Source: Candidatus Margulisiibacteriota bacterium (GTDB lineage: Bacteria; Margulisbacteria; Marinamargulisbacteria; JBFWNS01). Taken from it: DNA of 64,000 bases. Made by a program: the position numbers and the translations under genes. Below the pieces are notes generated by a model. The model worked only from the letters and a program-made list of their open reading frames with translations, did no database searches and was not told the DNA's origin. Below, one piece after another: positions 29,685 through 38,922 of the stretch; position 1 is the stretch's first letter, and the number at the start of each line of letters is the position of its first letter. Where the stretch lies: contig JBFWNS010000002.1 in assembly GCA_050250935.1 (NCBI GenBank), forward strand, positions 166,433 through 230,432, written 5' to 3'.

Positions 29685-31445
29685 ATGAATCACTACAGAA
29701 GCCACAGCCTTTTAGCGTCTATTTCCCAGCCTCTCGGAACTTCTCTGACTCTGTCGGGGTGGGTGCACCGGGTTCGGGATCTGGGGCAACTGGTGTTTGT
29801 CGATTTACGGGATCGCAGTGGATTGGTGCAATTGGTCTTCGATTCCACCGAAAACCCAGAGCTTTTGGCCAAAGCCCAGCAAATTCGCCAAGAATGGGTT
29901 CTGCAGATTTCGGGAACATTGAGACACCGGTCGACGCCCAATCCCCAGTTAGCCACCGGGCTTTTCGAGGTTTTGGTCTCGTCTCTGACGGTGTTGAATC
30001 AGGCTTTACCGCCCATCATCAGCATTGCCGACGACACAGAAGCCGACGAACGCAATCGGTTGAAGTATCGCTATTTGGATCTTCGCCGTCCCGAAAACAG
30101 CCAGAAATTGGTGGCCAGACACCGCATTACCTCTGCCGTTCGCCGTTATTTGGACGAGGCGGGTTTTTTGGACATCGAAACCCCCATGTTAACCAAAAGC
30201 ACCCCAGAAGGGGCCCGCGACTATTTGGTGCCTTCTCGGGTTCAACCCGGCACTTTTTTTGCCCTTCCCCAATCCCCCCAATTGTTCAAACAGCTACTGA
30301 TGATGTCTGGGCTTGAAAAGTACTATCAACTTGTAAAATGTTTTCGGGACGAAGATTTGCGGGCCGACCGCCAACCCGAGTTTACCCAAATTGATATCGA
30401 AGCTTCTTTCGTAACCCAAGCCGACATTATTGAATTGGCCACAGGCTTGGTCAAAACCGCCTTCGACGCGGTTAATCTGCCCTTCCCCACCGACATTCCC
30501 ACCTTAACGTACCGCGAAGCCATGGACCGATACGGTTCAGACAAACCCGACCTGCGGTTCGGCTGCGAAATTGGGGATGTAACCGAAGCCGTTCGCAACT
30601 GCGACTTTGGCGTGTTTCGGGGTATCGCCGAATCGGGTGGCCGCATTCGTGGCTTTGCCATTCCCGGTGGGGCCAGCCAACTAAGCCGCAAACACTTCGA
30701 CGAGGCTTTAAGCGTGGTTGCTGGATTGGGCTTTAAAGGCGTGGCTTGGATGCAGCGCAAACCCGACGAGTTGCAATCGCCCATCGGCAAATTTTTTAAA
30801 CCCGAAGAACTAGAGGCCCTGTTCCACAGCCTGGGTGCCAACATCGGCGATTCGGTGGTGCTTTTGGCCCATACCCATACCGACTTGCTTTGCGAGGCTT
30901 TGGGCCGACTTCGCCTGCATTTTGCCGATCTTTTGAACCTAAAAAGCACCGAAAACAAATTGTTGTGGGTGGTGGCCTTCCCCTTGTTTGAAACCGATTT
31001 TGAAACCGGTGCCATTGCGGCCAAACATCATCCCTTTACCTCTCCCCATCCCGAAGATGTGGCTCTGCTAGACACGAAGCCAGCAGAAGTTCGCTCTCTG
31101 GCTTACGATTTTGTGTTGAACGGCACAGAACTGGGCGGCGGTAGCATTCGGATTCACGATTCTGCCCTTCAAAAGAAACTCTTTTCGCTTCTAAAACTCA
31201 GCGATGCGGATATTGCTCAAAAATTCGGATTTTTTGTGGAAGCCTTGCAATTTGGAACACCGCCCCACGGTGGTATTGCCCTGGGTTTGGACCGGTTGGT
31301 CATGTTGCTGACGGGCTCCAAGTCGATTCGAGACGTGATCGCTTTTCCCAAAACCCAAAACGCCAGCTGCTTGTTGTCCATGGCGCCAAGTGTCGTGGAT
31401 AAAGCCCAATTGGACGATCTGCACATCGGGGTTTTACCCGAATGA
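29685..31445 (+). CDS. aspS: Aspartyl-tRNA synthetase
   Basis: FVDLRDRSG, STPEGARDY, CFRDEDLRADRQPEFTQID, PPHGGIALGLDR. Confidence 0.97.
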   Translation: MNHYRSHSLLASISQPLGTSLTLSGWVHRVRDLGQLVFVDLRDRSGLVQLVFDSTENPELLAKAQQIRQEWVLQISGTLRHRSTPNPQLATGLFEVLVSSLTVLNQALPPIISIADDTEADERNRLKYRYLDLRRPENSQKLVARHRITSAVRRYLDEAGFLDIETPMLTKSTPEGARDYLVPSRVQPGTFFALPQSPQLFKQLLMMSGLEKYYQLVKCFRDEDLRADRQPEFTQIDIEASFVTQADIIELATGLVKTAFDAVNLPFPTDIPTLTYREAMDRYGSDKPDLRFGCEIGDVTEAVRNCDFGVFRGIAESGGRIRGFAIPGGASQLSRKHFDEALSVVAGLGFKGVAWMQRKPDELQSPIGKFFKPEELEALFHSLGANIGDSVVLLAHTHTDLLCEALGRLRLHFADLLNLKSTENKLLWVVAFPLFETDFETGAIAAKHHPFTSPHPEDVALLDTKPAEVRSLAYDFVLNGTELGGGSIRIHDSALQKKLFSLLKLSDADIAQKFGFFVEALQFGTPPHGGIALGLDRLVMLLTGSKSIRDVIAFPKTQNASCLLSMAPSVVDKAQLDDLHIGVLPE

Positions 31446-32170
31446 GTGGCTTTACGGTTATACCCGCCATCGATTTATTAAACGGCCAAGTGGTTCGCCT
31501 GACCCAAGGCGACTACAACCAAGTCGATCGCTATGACAAAAGCCCTGTAGAATGGGCCAAAGCCTTCGAAGCCGCCGGGGCCAAGCGCATTCACATTGTC
31601 GATTTGGACGGGGCAAAAGCCGGAAAACCGGTCAACCACGACACCATTTTGGCCATTCGCAAAGCCGTTTCCTGCGAGCTCGAAGTGGGGGGCGGTCTTC
31701 GCAGCCAAGACAGCCTGGCCTTTTACAAAGACGCCGGCATTAACTATCTGATCATTGGCTCCATGCTGATTAAACAGACCCAAACCGCCTTGGATTTGAT
31801 TCATGCCTTTCCCAATACCCTGATTGCCGGCGTGGATTGCAAAGGCGATTTTGTGGCTGTTGAAGGCTGGATTCAAAAAAGCAAAACCCCGCTTAAAGGC
31901 GTTTTAGACTTACTCAAAAACACCCCAACCGCTGGGGTGATCTACACCGACATCGCCAAAGACGGCATGATGCAAGGCCCCAACCTACCCGCCCTAAAAA
32001 CCATTCTCGAGCAAACCCATTTGCCGCTGATTGCCTCGGGGGGTGTCAGCACCGAAGCCGACATTGCCCAACTGCGCAAACTGGCGCCCCGTGGGTTGTT
32101 TGGTTGCATTGTGGGCAAGGCGTTGCTGTCTGGTAGTATGGCCTTGGATCCCACGCTGTTTCAAGGCTAA
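31442..32170 (+). CDS. hisA: ProFAR isomerase HisA
   Basis: IPAIDL...VVRL.QG, HIVDLDGA, EVGGGLR, YTDIAKDG, IASGGV. Confidence 0.96.
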   Translation: MSGFTVIPAIDLLNGQVVRLTQGDYNQVDRYDKSPVEWAKAFEAAGAKRIHIVDLDGAKAGKPVNHDTILAIRKAVSCELEVGGGLRSQDSLAFYKDAGINYLIIGSMLIKQTQTALDLIHAFPNTLIAGVDCKGDFVAVEGWIQKSKTPLKGVLDLLKNTPTAGVIYTDIAKDGMMQGPNLPALKTILEQTHLPLIASGGVSTEADIAQLRKLAPRGLFGCIVGKALLSGSMALDPTLFQG

Positions 32171-32181
32171 GTTTCGCCCAT

Positions 32182-32218
32182 TGGTGTAAATCCACCTTTT
32201 TATGTTAGATTTACACCA
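32182..32218. promoter_or_regulatory. 11-bp perfect inverted repeat directly before the AAA-DUF4143 start codon
   Basis: TGGTGTAAATC (32182-32192) - 15 nt - GATTTACACCA (32208-32218); ATG at 32221. Confidence 0.6.
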
Positions 32219-32220
32219 TT

Positions 32221-33405
32221 ATGATTCAACGACACATCACCACAGAGCTTAAAGCACGCTTTTTAGCCTCAAGATCTCTGTATATTTTTGGCCCAAGACA
32301 ATCTGGAAAAACCACTTTGGCCCGAGAAACGTTTCCAGAATTACGCTACATCAGCTTGGAAGATCCCGACCACCTTGCCTTTGCCACCGATGATCCGAGG
32401 GGGTTCTTAAATCAATTTGAAACCCAAGGGATTATTGACGAACCCCAACGCTGCCCAAGCCTTTTTTCTTATCTGCAAAGCGAAATCGATATTAAAAAGA
32501 AAAAATTTATTCTAACCAGTTCCCAAAATTTCCTGTTGATGGAAAAAGTGTCTCAATCACTGGCTGGGCGAATTTCATTGTTAAACTTACTGCCCTTATC
32601 GCTTTCAGAAATTGAGCATAGGCCATTGATTCCATTTCCGGATTTGCTGAATCAACACACTTCTGCTTCTTTTGACACCCTAAACAATCGTTTGGAAACC
32701 ATTATCACCGGCGGGTACCCGGAACTTTGGGAAAATCCGGCGGCCAGATCTTATTGGCATTCGGACTATGTTCGAACCTATTTGGAGCGGGATGTTCGTC
32801 AAATTTTACAGGTTCAAGATTTAGGTCGTTTTAATCAATTTTTAAAACTCACTGCGGGTCGGTCGGGTTCTTTATTAAACAAAGCCTCTTTAGCGGCAGA
32901 CTGCGGACTTAGCGAAACCCATTGTGCCCGATGGTTGTCCATTCTAGAACAAAGCGGCATTATTTATCTGCTGAAACCCTTCTACCAAAATTACAACAAA
33001 CGCCTTACAAAATCGCCCAAGCTTTATTTTAACGATACAGGCCTGTTGTGCCATCTGCTTTCGATTAGCACGCCAACCCATCTCGAAACACACCCACTTT
33101 TTGGTAATATTGTTGAAACGTTTGTGGTATCTGAACTCAGAAAAAACCATTTAAACCAGGGGTTAGATCCCGATTTTTATTTTTGGCGTGATGCAAAAGG
33201 AGAGGAAATTGATTTGATTGTTCCTCACCATACAACCTTGATCCCGGTCGAAATTAAATCAACACAAACCATTAAGCCAGAAACCCTAAAACCCCTCTTC
33301 AAGTGGATGAATTTAAGCGGTTCTCAAGAGGCAGTCCTTCTTTACGGTGGCACCGATATTCAACACCGAACGCAAGCCGTCATCTTCCCCATCAGCGCAC
33401 TGTAA
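32221..33405 (+). CDS. AAA_14 ATPase with DUF4143 and C-terminal PD-(D/E)XK-like domain
   Basis: GPRQSGKTT, IIDEPQ, SLAGR, GGYPE, KSPKLYFNDTG, EIDLIV...VEIKS. Confidence 0.9.
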   Translation: MIQRHITTELKARFLASRSLYIFGPRQSGKTTLARETFPELRYISLEDPDHLAFATDDPRGFLNQFETQGIIDEPQRCPSLFSYLQSEIDIKKKKFILTSSQNFLLMEKVSQSLAGRISLLNLLPLSLSEIEHRPLIPFPDLLNQHTSASFDTLNNRLETIITGGYPELWENPAARSYWHSDYVRTYLERDVRQILQVQDLGRFNQFLKLTAGRSGSLLNKASLAADCGLSETHCARWLSILEQSGIIYLLKPFYQNYNKRLTKSPKLYFNDTGLLCHLLSISTPTHLETHPLFGNIVETFVVSELRKNHLNQGLDPDFYFWRDAKGEEIDLIVPHHTTLIPVEIKSTQTIKPETLKPLFKWMNLSGSQEAVLLYGGTDIQHRTQAVIFPISAL

Positions 33406-34420
33406 CCCGAGTTTGTGTAACAGGGCCTTCCCAAAGCGCCAGGTCTTGGGTTTCGTTCGTCGGCCATCCCTGCAGTTGAGCGGCTGCTAGGCCAATTTTT
33501 GAACTTAACGCCAGTTGAATTGAAACCTCCTTACACAGATTGTGGGGTGGCTTTTTGGCTTCTTGCAACCCAAAGGCTTTGGCGGTTTCGGCAAGACCCA
33601 TCAGGGTATTGGCTTGGCGACCAAAATCCCTAGATTGGTCGTAGAAGGTTGACCAGTTCGGGGTCTGGCCGGGATAGGACACAGAAAAGGCTCGTTCTAC
33701 AACAACCCGAAAGGTTTGACTGACTGGGCTGCTCTCGCTTTCAAAAAAAGAGCGGTCTTGTCGAAAGTGTTGGGTTTCTTTGTCGAACCAGCCAAACAAC
33801 CCTTCAATATCTGTTTTGGCCTGGGAAAACTCAAACTTAACCTGTGGCAAAAGGTCATAGATGACGGCCAGTTCGGCTTGTTTTTTTCCAGACAAATCCG
33901 CAAAAGTGCCCATTATTGGGGCCTTGTCCTCGGGCCAAACAACGGAAGCCAATCGCATTTTGGGGTAATAACTATTCACATCGTCAGCCAATCCATGGAG
34001 ATACCATCCCAAAAACACCAAATTCAATCGTCGTTTCCAAACCGCATCGATGGGGGCAGACGGAATGTAGTCGAGGGCACTGGCCAACAGGGCTTTTGAA
34101 AACCCAGGATCGTCGCTTTCTTTGTGGTCTGTTTTGCTAAAAAAAGCCGTCTTGGTATAGCGATCGGTACCAAAAAAACCATGATCCATATCCGCCAGGT
34201 ACACCTTCCCCCAGACAAACCAATCCACTTCGGACATTTCAATTTTTCGACCGCTGGGCAGAAGAATCACTTCGGGTTTGTCAGACAAGCCCAATTTATT
34301 GGCAATATCGATGGCAACAACGCTATGCCCAAAAGGCCCCCAAGCCAAAGTGGGCCTGGATGTCCCTAAAAAACACATCACAAGAGCGACCACCACCAGC
34401 ATTTTTGCAGGAATTTTCAT
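33392..34420 (-). CDS. Secreted Zn-dependent phospholipase C / S1-P1 nuclease-fold protein
   Basis: Signal peptide cleaved before WGPFGH; LADMDH; GWYLHGLADD. Confidence 0.6.
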   Translation of the reverse strand: MKIPAKMLVVVALVMCFLGTSRPTLAWGPFGHSVVAIDIANKLGLSDKPEVILLPSGRKIEMSEVDWFVWGKVYLADMDHGFFGTDRYTKTAFFSKTDHKESDDPGFSKALLASALDYIPSAPIDAVWKRRLNLVFLGWYLHGLADDVNSYYPKMRLASVVWPEDKAPIMGTFADLSGKKQAELAVIYDLLPQVKFEFSQAKTDIEGLFGWFDKETQHFRQDRSFFESESSPVSQTFRVVVERAFSVSYPGQTPNWSTFYDQSRDFGRQANTLMGLAETAKAFGLQEAKKPPHNLCKEVSIQLALSSKIGLAAAQLQGWPTNETQDLALWEGPVTQTRVTVR

Positions 34421-34525
34421 ATCGACTCTAGACTAGGAGGCTGGATTCAAAAACACAAGTCACGACTTACCATTTTGAAAAGTTCCCAGTATACTTTTAA
34501 GCTCAATCTACCTCAGGAGATCCCC

Positions 34526-35449
34526 ATGAAAGAAAGCAAGTTCATCTGGAAAAACGGCACCCTCATTCCCTGGCAAGAAGCCACCACCCACGTTCTGACC
34601 CACGGCCTTCACTATGGCACCGGGGTTTTTGAAGGCATTCGGGCCTATAAAACCGACCGTGGCGCTGCTGTTTTTCGTTCCGAAGACCACTATAAACGAC
34701 TCTATGATTCCGGCAAAATTTATCAGATGAAGGTGCCTTATGATGCGGACACCCTGATGGCAGCCACCCGACAACTTTTGGCCGAAAATAACCTTGATTC
34801 TTGTTATATCCGACCCATTGCCTATTACGGCTATGGCGAAATGGGCTTGAATCCCGGCAAAAACAAGATCGATGTGGTGATTGCAGCCTGGGAATGGGGA
34901 ACGTATTTGGGCGAAGAGGGCTTGGAAAAAGGCATCCGTTGCAAAATCAGCTCTTGGACACGCATTGATGGCCGCATTATGCCAGCCCAAGCCAAAAGCA
35001 CGGCCAATTACGCCAATTCGGCTCTGGCCAAAATGGAAGCCATTCACTGCGGGTTCGACGAGGCCATTATGCTGAATCTGAACGGTACCATTGCCGAAGG
35101 ACCTGGCGAAAATATTTTTATGATTAAAAACGGCAAACTGTACACCACACCGGTTGTGGACAGCGCGCTTTGGGGCATCACCTGCCAATCGGTCATGACT
35201 TTGGCCAAAGACATGGGCTTGGAAGTTGGCATCGAAAGCATGCCCCGAGACGATTTATTCCTGGCCAACGAACTTTTCTTTACCGGAACAGCTGCCGAAA
35301 TCACCCCCATTCGCGAAATCGATGGGCGGGTTATTGGGTCTGGCAAACGTGGTCCGATCACCGAAAAAATTCAACGGGCTTTCTTTGACATTGTTCAAGG
35401 CAAAAACGACCGCTACAGCCACTGGCTGGATTATGTAAAACCTGTATGA
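34526..35449 (+). CDS. ilvE: Branched-chain amino acid aminotransferase
   Basis: LHYGTGVFEGIRAY, AKSTANY, EGPGENIF, FFTGTAAEITP. Confidence 0.96.
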   Translation: MKESKFIWKNGTLIPWQEATTHVLTHGLHYGTGVFEGIRAYKTDRGAAVFRSEDHYKRLYDSGKIYQMKVPYDADTLMAATRQLLAENNLDSCYIRPIAYYGYGEMGLNPGKNKIDVVIAAWEWGTYLGEEGLEKGIRCKISSWTRIDGRIMPAQAKSTANYANSALAKMEAIHCGFDEAIMLNLNGTIAEGPGENIFMIKNGKLYTTPVVDSALWGITCQSVMTLAKDMGLEVGIESMPRDDLFLANELFFTGTAAEITPIREIDGRVIGSGKRGPITEKIQRAFFDIVQGKNDRYSHWLDYVKPV

Positions 35450-36372
35450 ACACCCATTCAACGTTACTCTGGGTAGGGTTTAATGCCTTTATTTTAATCC
35501 TGTTGCTGCTGGATATGGGTGTTTTTCACCGCAATTCTACACAGGTCTCTTTAAAAAGCGCCCTTAAGCTATCCGCTTTTTGGATAGCTCTGGCCCTGCT
35601 CTTTAACGTTGGGGTGTATGCGTGGTTGGGGCCTCAACCGGCCCTCGAATTTTTTACGGGTTACGTGATTGAAAAGTCCCTTTCTATCGACAATTTGTTT
35701 GTCTTTTTGCTGATTTTTTCCTATTTCAAAGTCCCAAAAGACTATCAACACAAAGTTTTGTTTTGGGGCATTTTGGGAGCCCTGGTTTTAAGGGGCGTGT
35801 TCATCTTTTTGGGGGTCGCCGTTTTAGACCGCTTTCATTGGGTGATGTACATTTTTGGAGCACTGTTGATTGTGAGTGGTCTTAAAATGGGCCTGGAAAA
35901 AGAGAAAGAAATTCACCCCGAAAACAACCCCATGCTGCGTTTGTTTAAACGACTATTTCGCACCACATCCCAGTATGATGGGGATCGGTTTTTAACCAAA
36001 GTGAACGGTCTTTGGGCCGCCACCCCGTTGCTGATTGTATTGATTGTGGTGGAAACCACAGACCTGATTTTTGCCGTAGATTCCATCCCAGCTGTGCTGG
36101 CCATAACCCGGGATCCCTTTATTGTGTATTCGTCGAATGTATTTGCCATTTTGGGCTTGCGTGCCTTGTTTTTTGCCTTGTCGGGCATCATGCAACTGTT
36201 CGAGTACTTGCACTATGGTCTTTCGGCTATTTTGGTGTTTATTGGGGTTAAAATGGTCGTCGAGCCATTTTATCACCTCTCGATTGGGGTTTCGTTGTCG
36301 GTGATCGCCTCTTTTCTGGCCATTTCGGTTATGGCTTCGGTGATCGCTTCTAAACGCAAGCACCCTTCTTAA
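35446..36372 (+). CDS. TerC/Alx-family membrane protein
   Basis: EKSLSIDNLFVF, DLIFAVDSIPA, SNVFAILGLR. Confidence 0.95.
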   Translation: MNTHSTLLWVGFNAFILILLLLDMGVFHRNSTQVSLKSALKLSAFWIALALLFNVGVYAWLGPQPALEFFTGYVIEKSLSIDNLFVFLLIFSYFKVPKDYQHKVLFWGILGALVLRGVFIFLGVAVLDRFHWVMYIFGALLIVSGLKMGLEKEKEIHPENNPMLRLFKRLFRTTSQYDGDRFLTKVNGLWAATPLLIVLIVVETTDLIFAVDSIPAVLAITRDPFIVYSSNVFAILGLRALFFALSGIMQLFEYLHYGLSAILVFIGVKMVVEPFYHLSIGVSLSVIASFLAISVMASVIASKRKHPS

Positions 36373-36374
36373 AA

Positions 36375-36605
36375 ATGAGCCCCAAAAAACCCACCTTTCG
36401 GAAAGGGAGCCTCTTTTTTCACAAAGACACCCACGACAAGGTGATGTTTGGCACATGGATGGATGGAGACAGTGCCGTTCAATGTTTGCGCCTTAAAGAC
36501 AAGTCGTTTATCACCGTCCCCATCGACGATTTTTTGGCCAACTATGTTTCTTATGCGGCCATCGAAAAAGCCGCCAAAGACAAACGCCGAGGACAAGGGT
36601 GGTAG
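36375..36605 (+). CDS. Small hypothetical protein
   Basis: 76-aa ORF tightly packed in a co-directional run; no motif recognised. Confidence 0.55.
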   Translation: MSPKKPTFRKGSLFFHKDTHDKVMFGTWMDGDSAVQCLRLKDKSFITVPIDDFLANYVSYAAIEKAAKDKRRGQGW

Positions 36606-37243
36606 GGTTTCGACTTGGGCTTGGGATCGGGATGTTGCTCTTAGCCTGCCTACCCGTGATGGCCCAATCCCGAACCGAAATCGACTTTCAAATTCCGGTC
36701 TCGCCTTCCCAAGACCTTAAAACCCTCTGGCATCGCCTTCGTCAAACAGCGCTCGATGCCAAAGCTTCGGGCATTGGTGCCCAAAGGTCCGAGACCTTGT
36801 CTTACAGCCTGGCCACCTATTGCCTATCGCCAACCGGCACAATGAGTCTGAGTCTGCCCTTGCGACTAAATCGCCCAACCAGCTTGGCGTTTCTGACATT
36901 CGAAACCCCCGTTTCAGACACCACTGCCCTGCCCAAAGGCATTCAACACTATGCCTGCGACGATGGTCTTCGGGTCCACCTCTCCCAAATTGTGGGGCCA
37001 GGCATGTTTTTGCAATGGCCTGCCATTTGTCCTTCGCCTTCGGTGGTCCAATATTCCGAAATCAAACTGGGCGATGTGGCTTTCGATCCCGTGTTGTACA
37101 TCTCGGTTTCATACAAAAAAATGGATTCTGAAACCTTCCTGCATTTCTATTACCGCCAAAAAGACGAACTTGCCCCAAGCCTTGCTGCTTTGGAAAAATG
37201 CCGCCAGTGGCGCCTGCTTCTGTCGAAAAAAGCCCCTTTTTAA
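36599..37243 (+). CDS. Hypothetical exported protein
   Basis: Signal peptide ending VMA-Q; overlaps the previous stop. Confidence 0.55.
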   Translation: MVGFRLGLGIGMLLLACLPVMAQSRTEIDFQIPVSPSQDLKTLWHRLRQTALDAKASGIGAQRSETLSYSLATYCLSPTGTMSLSLPLRLNRPTSLAFLTFETPVSDTTALPKGIQHYACDDGLRVHLSQIVGPGMFLQWPAICPSPSVVQYSEIKLGDVAFDPVLYISVSYKKMDSETFLHFYYRQKDELAPSLAALEKCRQWRLLLSKKAPF

Positions 37244-37300
37244 TCGCCCAAAGCCAGGGTATGATGGAAAAAAAACATCGCCCTCAAAAAGGACCTTCCC

Positions 37301-37663
37301 ATGTACAACCTCACAGTCACCAACGGCCAAGTCAGTTCTGAATCTGGATTCTATTTTATTGCAGCGCCTTTTACCCTCGAAGCCAATGGCCATCGCTATT
37401 CTGTCGATTTTAAGCGTGGCGCCAAAGACAAAGTGGCCTATATCCTTTCTGAAAATGGCAGCCCCATTACCGAGCTTTTTCATAACGACTATACCTTCGA
37501 AACGAGCCCAGAAGCAGTTCGTCCAGAGCTTCTTGCCGTGGCCTGTGCCTTTGTTAAATTGGGCATTACCACCGAAAAAAACCATGGCAAATACTTCAGC
37601 GACTCGGATCGCTTGGCTGGGGTTTCCTATACCATCACTCAACCCGACTTAATTTTGGCCTAA
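37301..37663 (+). CDS. Hypothetical protein
   Basis: 120-aa ORF with AAGGA RBS and host-like codon usage. Confidence 0.6.
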   Translation: MYNLTVTNGQVSSESGFYFIAAPFTLEANGHRYSVDFKRGAKDKVAYILSENGSPITELFHNDYTFETSPEAVRPELLAVACAFVKLGITTEKNHGKYFSDSDRLAGVSYTITQPDLILA

Positions 37664-37761
37664 ATTTCAGCCTGAAATGAGCCCCGTTTCGGGTTTTACC
37701 TTGATGGATCGGGCTAGATTTAGCATAATGCCTCTATCCCCATTACAATCGAGGTGAGCCG

Positions 37762-38922
37762 ATGAATATCGCCATTTTTACAGATACGTATCATCCTCAG
37801 ATCAACGGCGTCGTAACCAGCGTGGACACCTTTACACACGAATTCGAAAAAAATGGGCATTCGGTTTTAATTGCCGGACCCAAAATGCCAGGCGGCAAGC
37901 GGTCTACTGCCAAAATCTGGCGGTTCAATTCCATGGTGTTTCCCTTTCAAAGAGAACACCGCGTCATTTGGCCCTATTCGCGAAAACTTTGCAAATTCAA
38001 AGACCTTAAAATCGATGTGATTCATGCGCAAACCCCCTTTTCTATGGGCTATTTGGCTTTGCATTTGGGCGCCAAATACAACATTCCGGTTGTGCATACC
38101 TATCACACTTTTTTTGCAGAATACCTTCACTATTTGCCCTTGCCCAATGTCCTGACCAAGGCCTATGCGGTGATGCAATCCCGCCGATTTTGCAACCGCT
38201 GCGACCAAGTGGTGGTACCGTCTCAGGCCATGAAAAACACCTTGAATAGCTATGGCATCACCACGCCCATCGATGTGATTCCAACCGGTGTTGAAATCGA
38301 CACCATCCCCTACAGCTCCCAGGCTTCGGCTTTTCGGGAAGCCCATCAGATTCCAGCCGATAGACCCTTGTGTATTTTTGTGGGTCGGTTGGGCAAAGAA
38401 AAAAATGTTTATTTCCTGCTCGACGCTTTTCGCCAAGTGCTTAAAACCGTGCCCAATGCCCTGTTGTTGGTGGTGGGTGATGGCCCCGAATTAAAGGGGA
38501 TGCGGCTTTGGGCCCACGAGCTGAAGCTGGACCAGTCCGTACGGTTTGTTGGCTATTTGCCCCGCAACGAGGTGTTTACAGCCTATGCCGCCAGTGATCT
38601 GATTTTGTTTCCCTCTAAAACCGAAACCCAAGGCTTAAGTTTGCTCGAAGGCCTCGCCATGGGCAAACCCGCTGTTTGCCTGAACGCCATGGGAGTTAAA
38701 GATATTTTGGAAGGCAATGTGGGTGGCTTTTTGACCGAAGACCATTTGCCCGAATTTGTTGAAAAAGCCAGCGCTCTGCTTACAGATTCGGCCCTTTATA
38801 CCCAAAAATCCCAAGAAGCCCGAACCCGGGCAGCCCAGTTTTCAGCAGCCTCGATGGCCGAAAAAATGATTGGGGTCTACGAATCCGCGATTGCTGCCCA
38901 TAAAAAAGGAGAAAAACGATGA
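37762..38922 (+). CDS. GT4 glycosyltransferase (glycolipid synthase-like)
   Basis: FTDTYHPQINGV, HTYHT, VGRLGKEKN, ETQGLSLLE. Confidence 0.92.
   Translation: MNIAIFTDTYHPQINGVVTSVDTFTHEFEKNGHSVLIAGPKMPGGKRSTAKIWRFNSMVFPFQREHRVIWPYSRKLCKFKDLKIDVIHAQTPFSMGYLALHLGAKYNIPVVHTYHTFFAEYLHYLPLPNVLTKAYAVMQSRRFCNRCDQVVVPSQAMKNTLNSYGITTPIDVIPTGVEIDTIPYSSQASAFREAHQIPADRPLCIFVGRLGKEKNVYFLLDAFRQVLKTVPNALLLVVGDGPELKGMRLWAHELKLDQSVRFVGYLPRNEVFTAYAASDLILFPSKTETQGLSLLEGLAMGKPAVCLNAMGVKDILEGNVGGFLTEDHLPEFVEKASALLTDSALYTQKSQEARTRAAQFSAASMAEKMIGVYESAIAAHKKGEKR

Noticed and set aside
36951..37652. Overlapping 233-aa (+) and 177-aa (-) ORFs, and the many other antisense ORFs in the track
   Set aside because: They overlap better-supported genes and show no motifs or RBS; treated as shadow frames.
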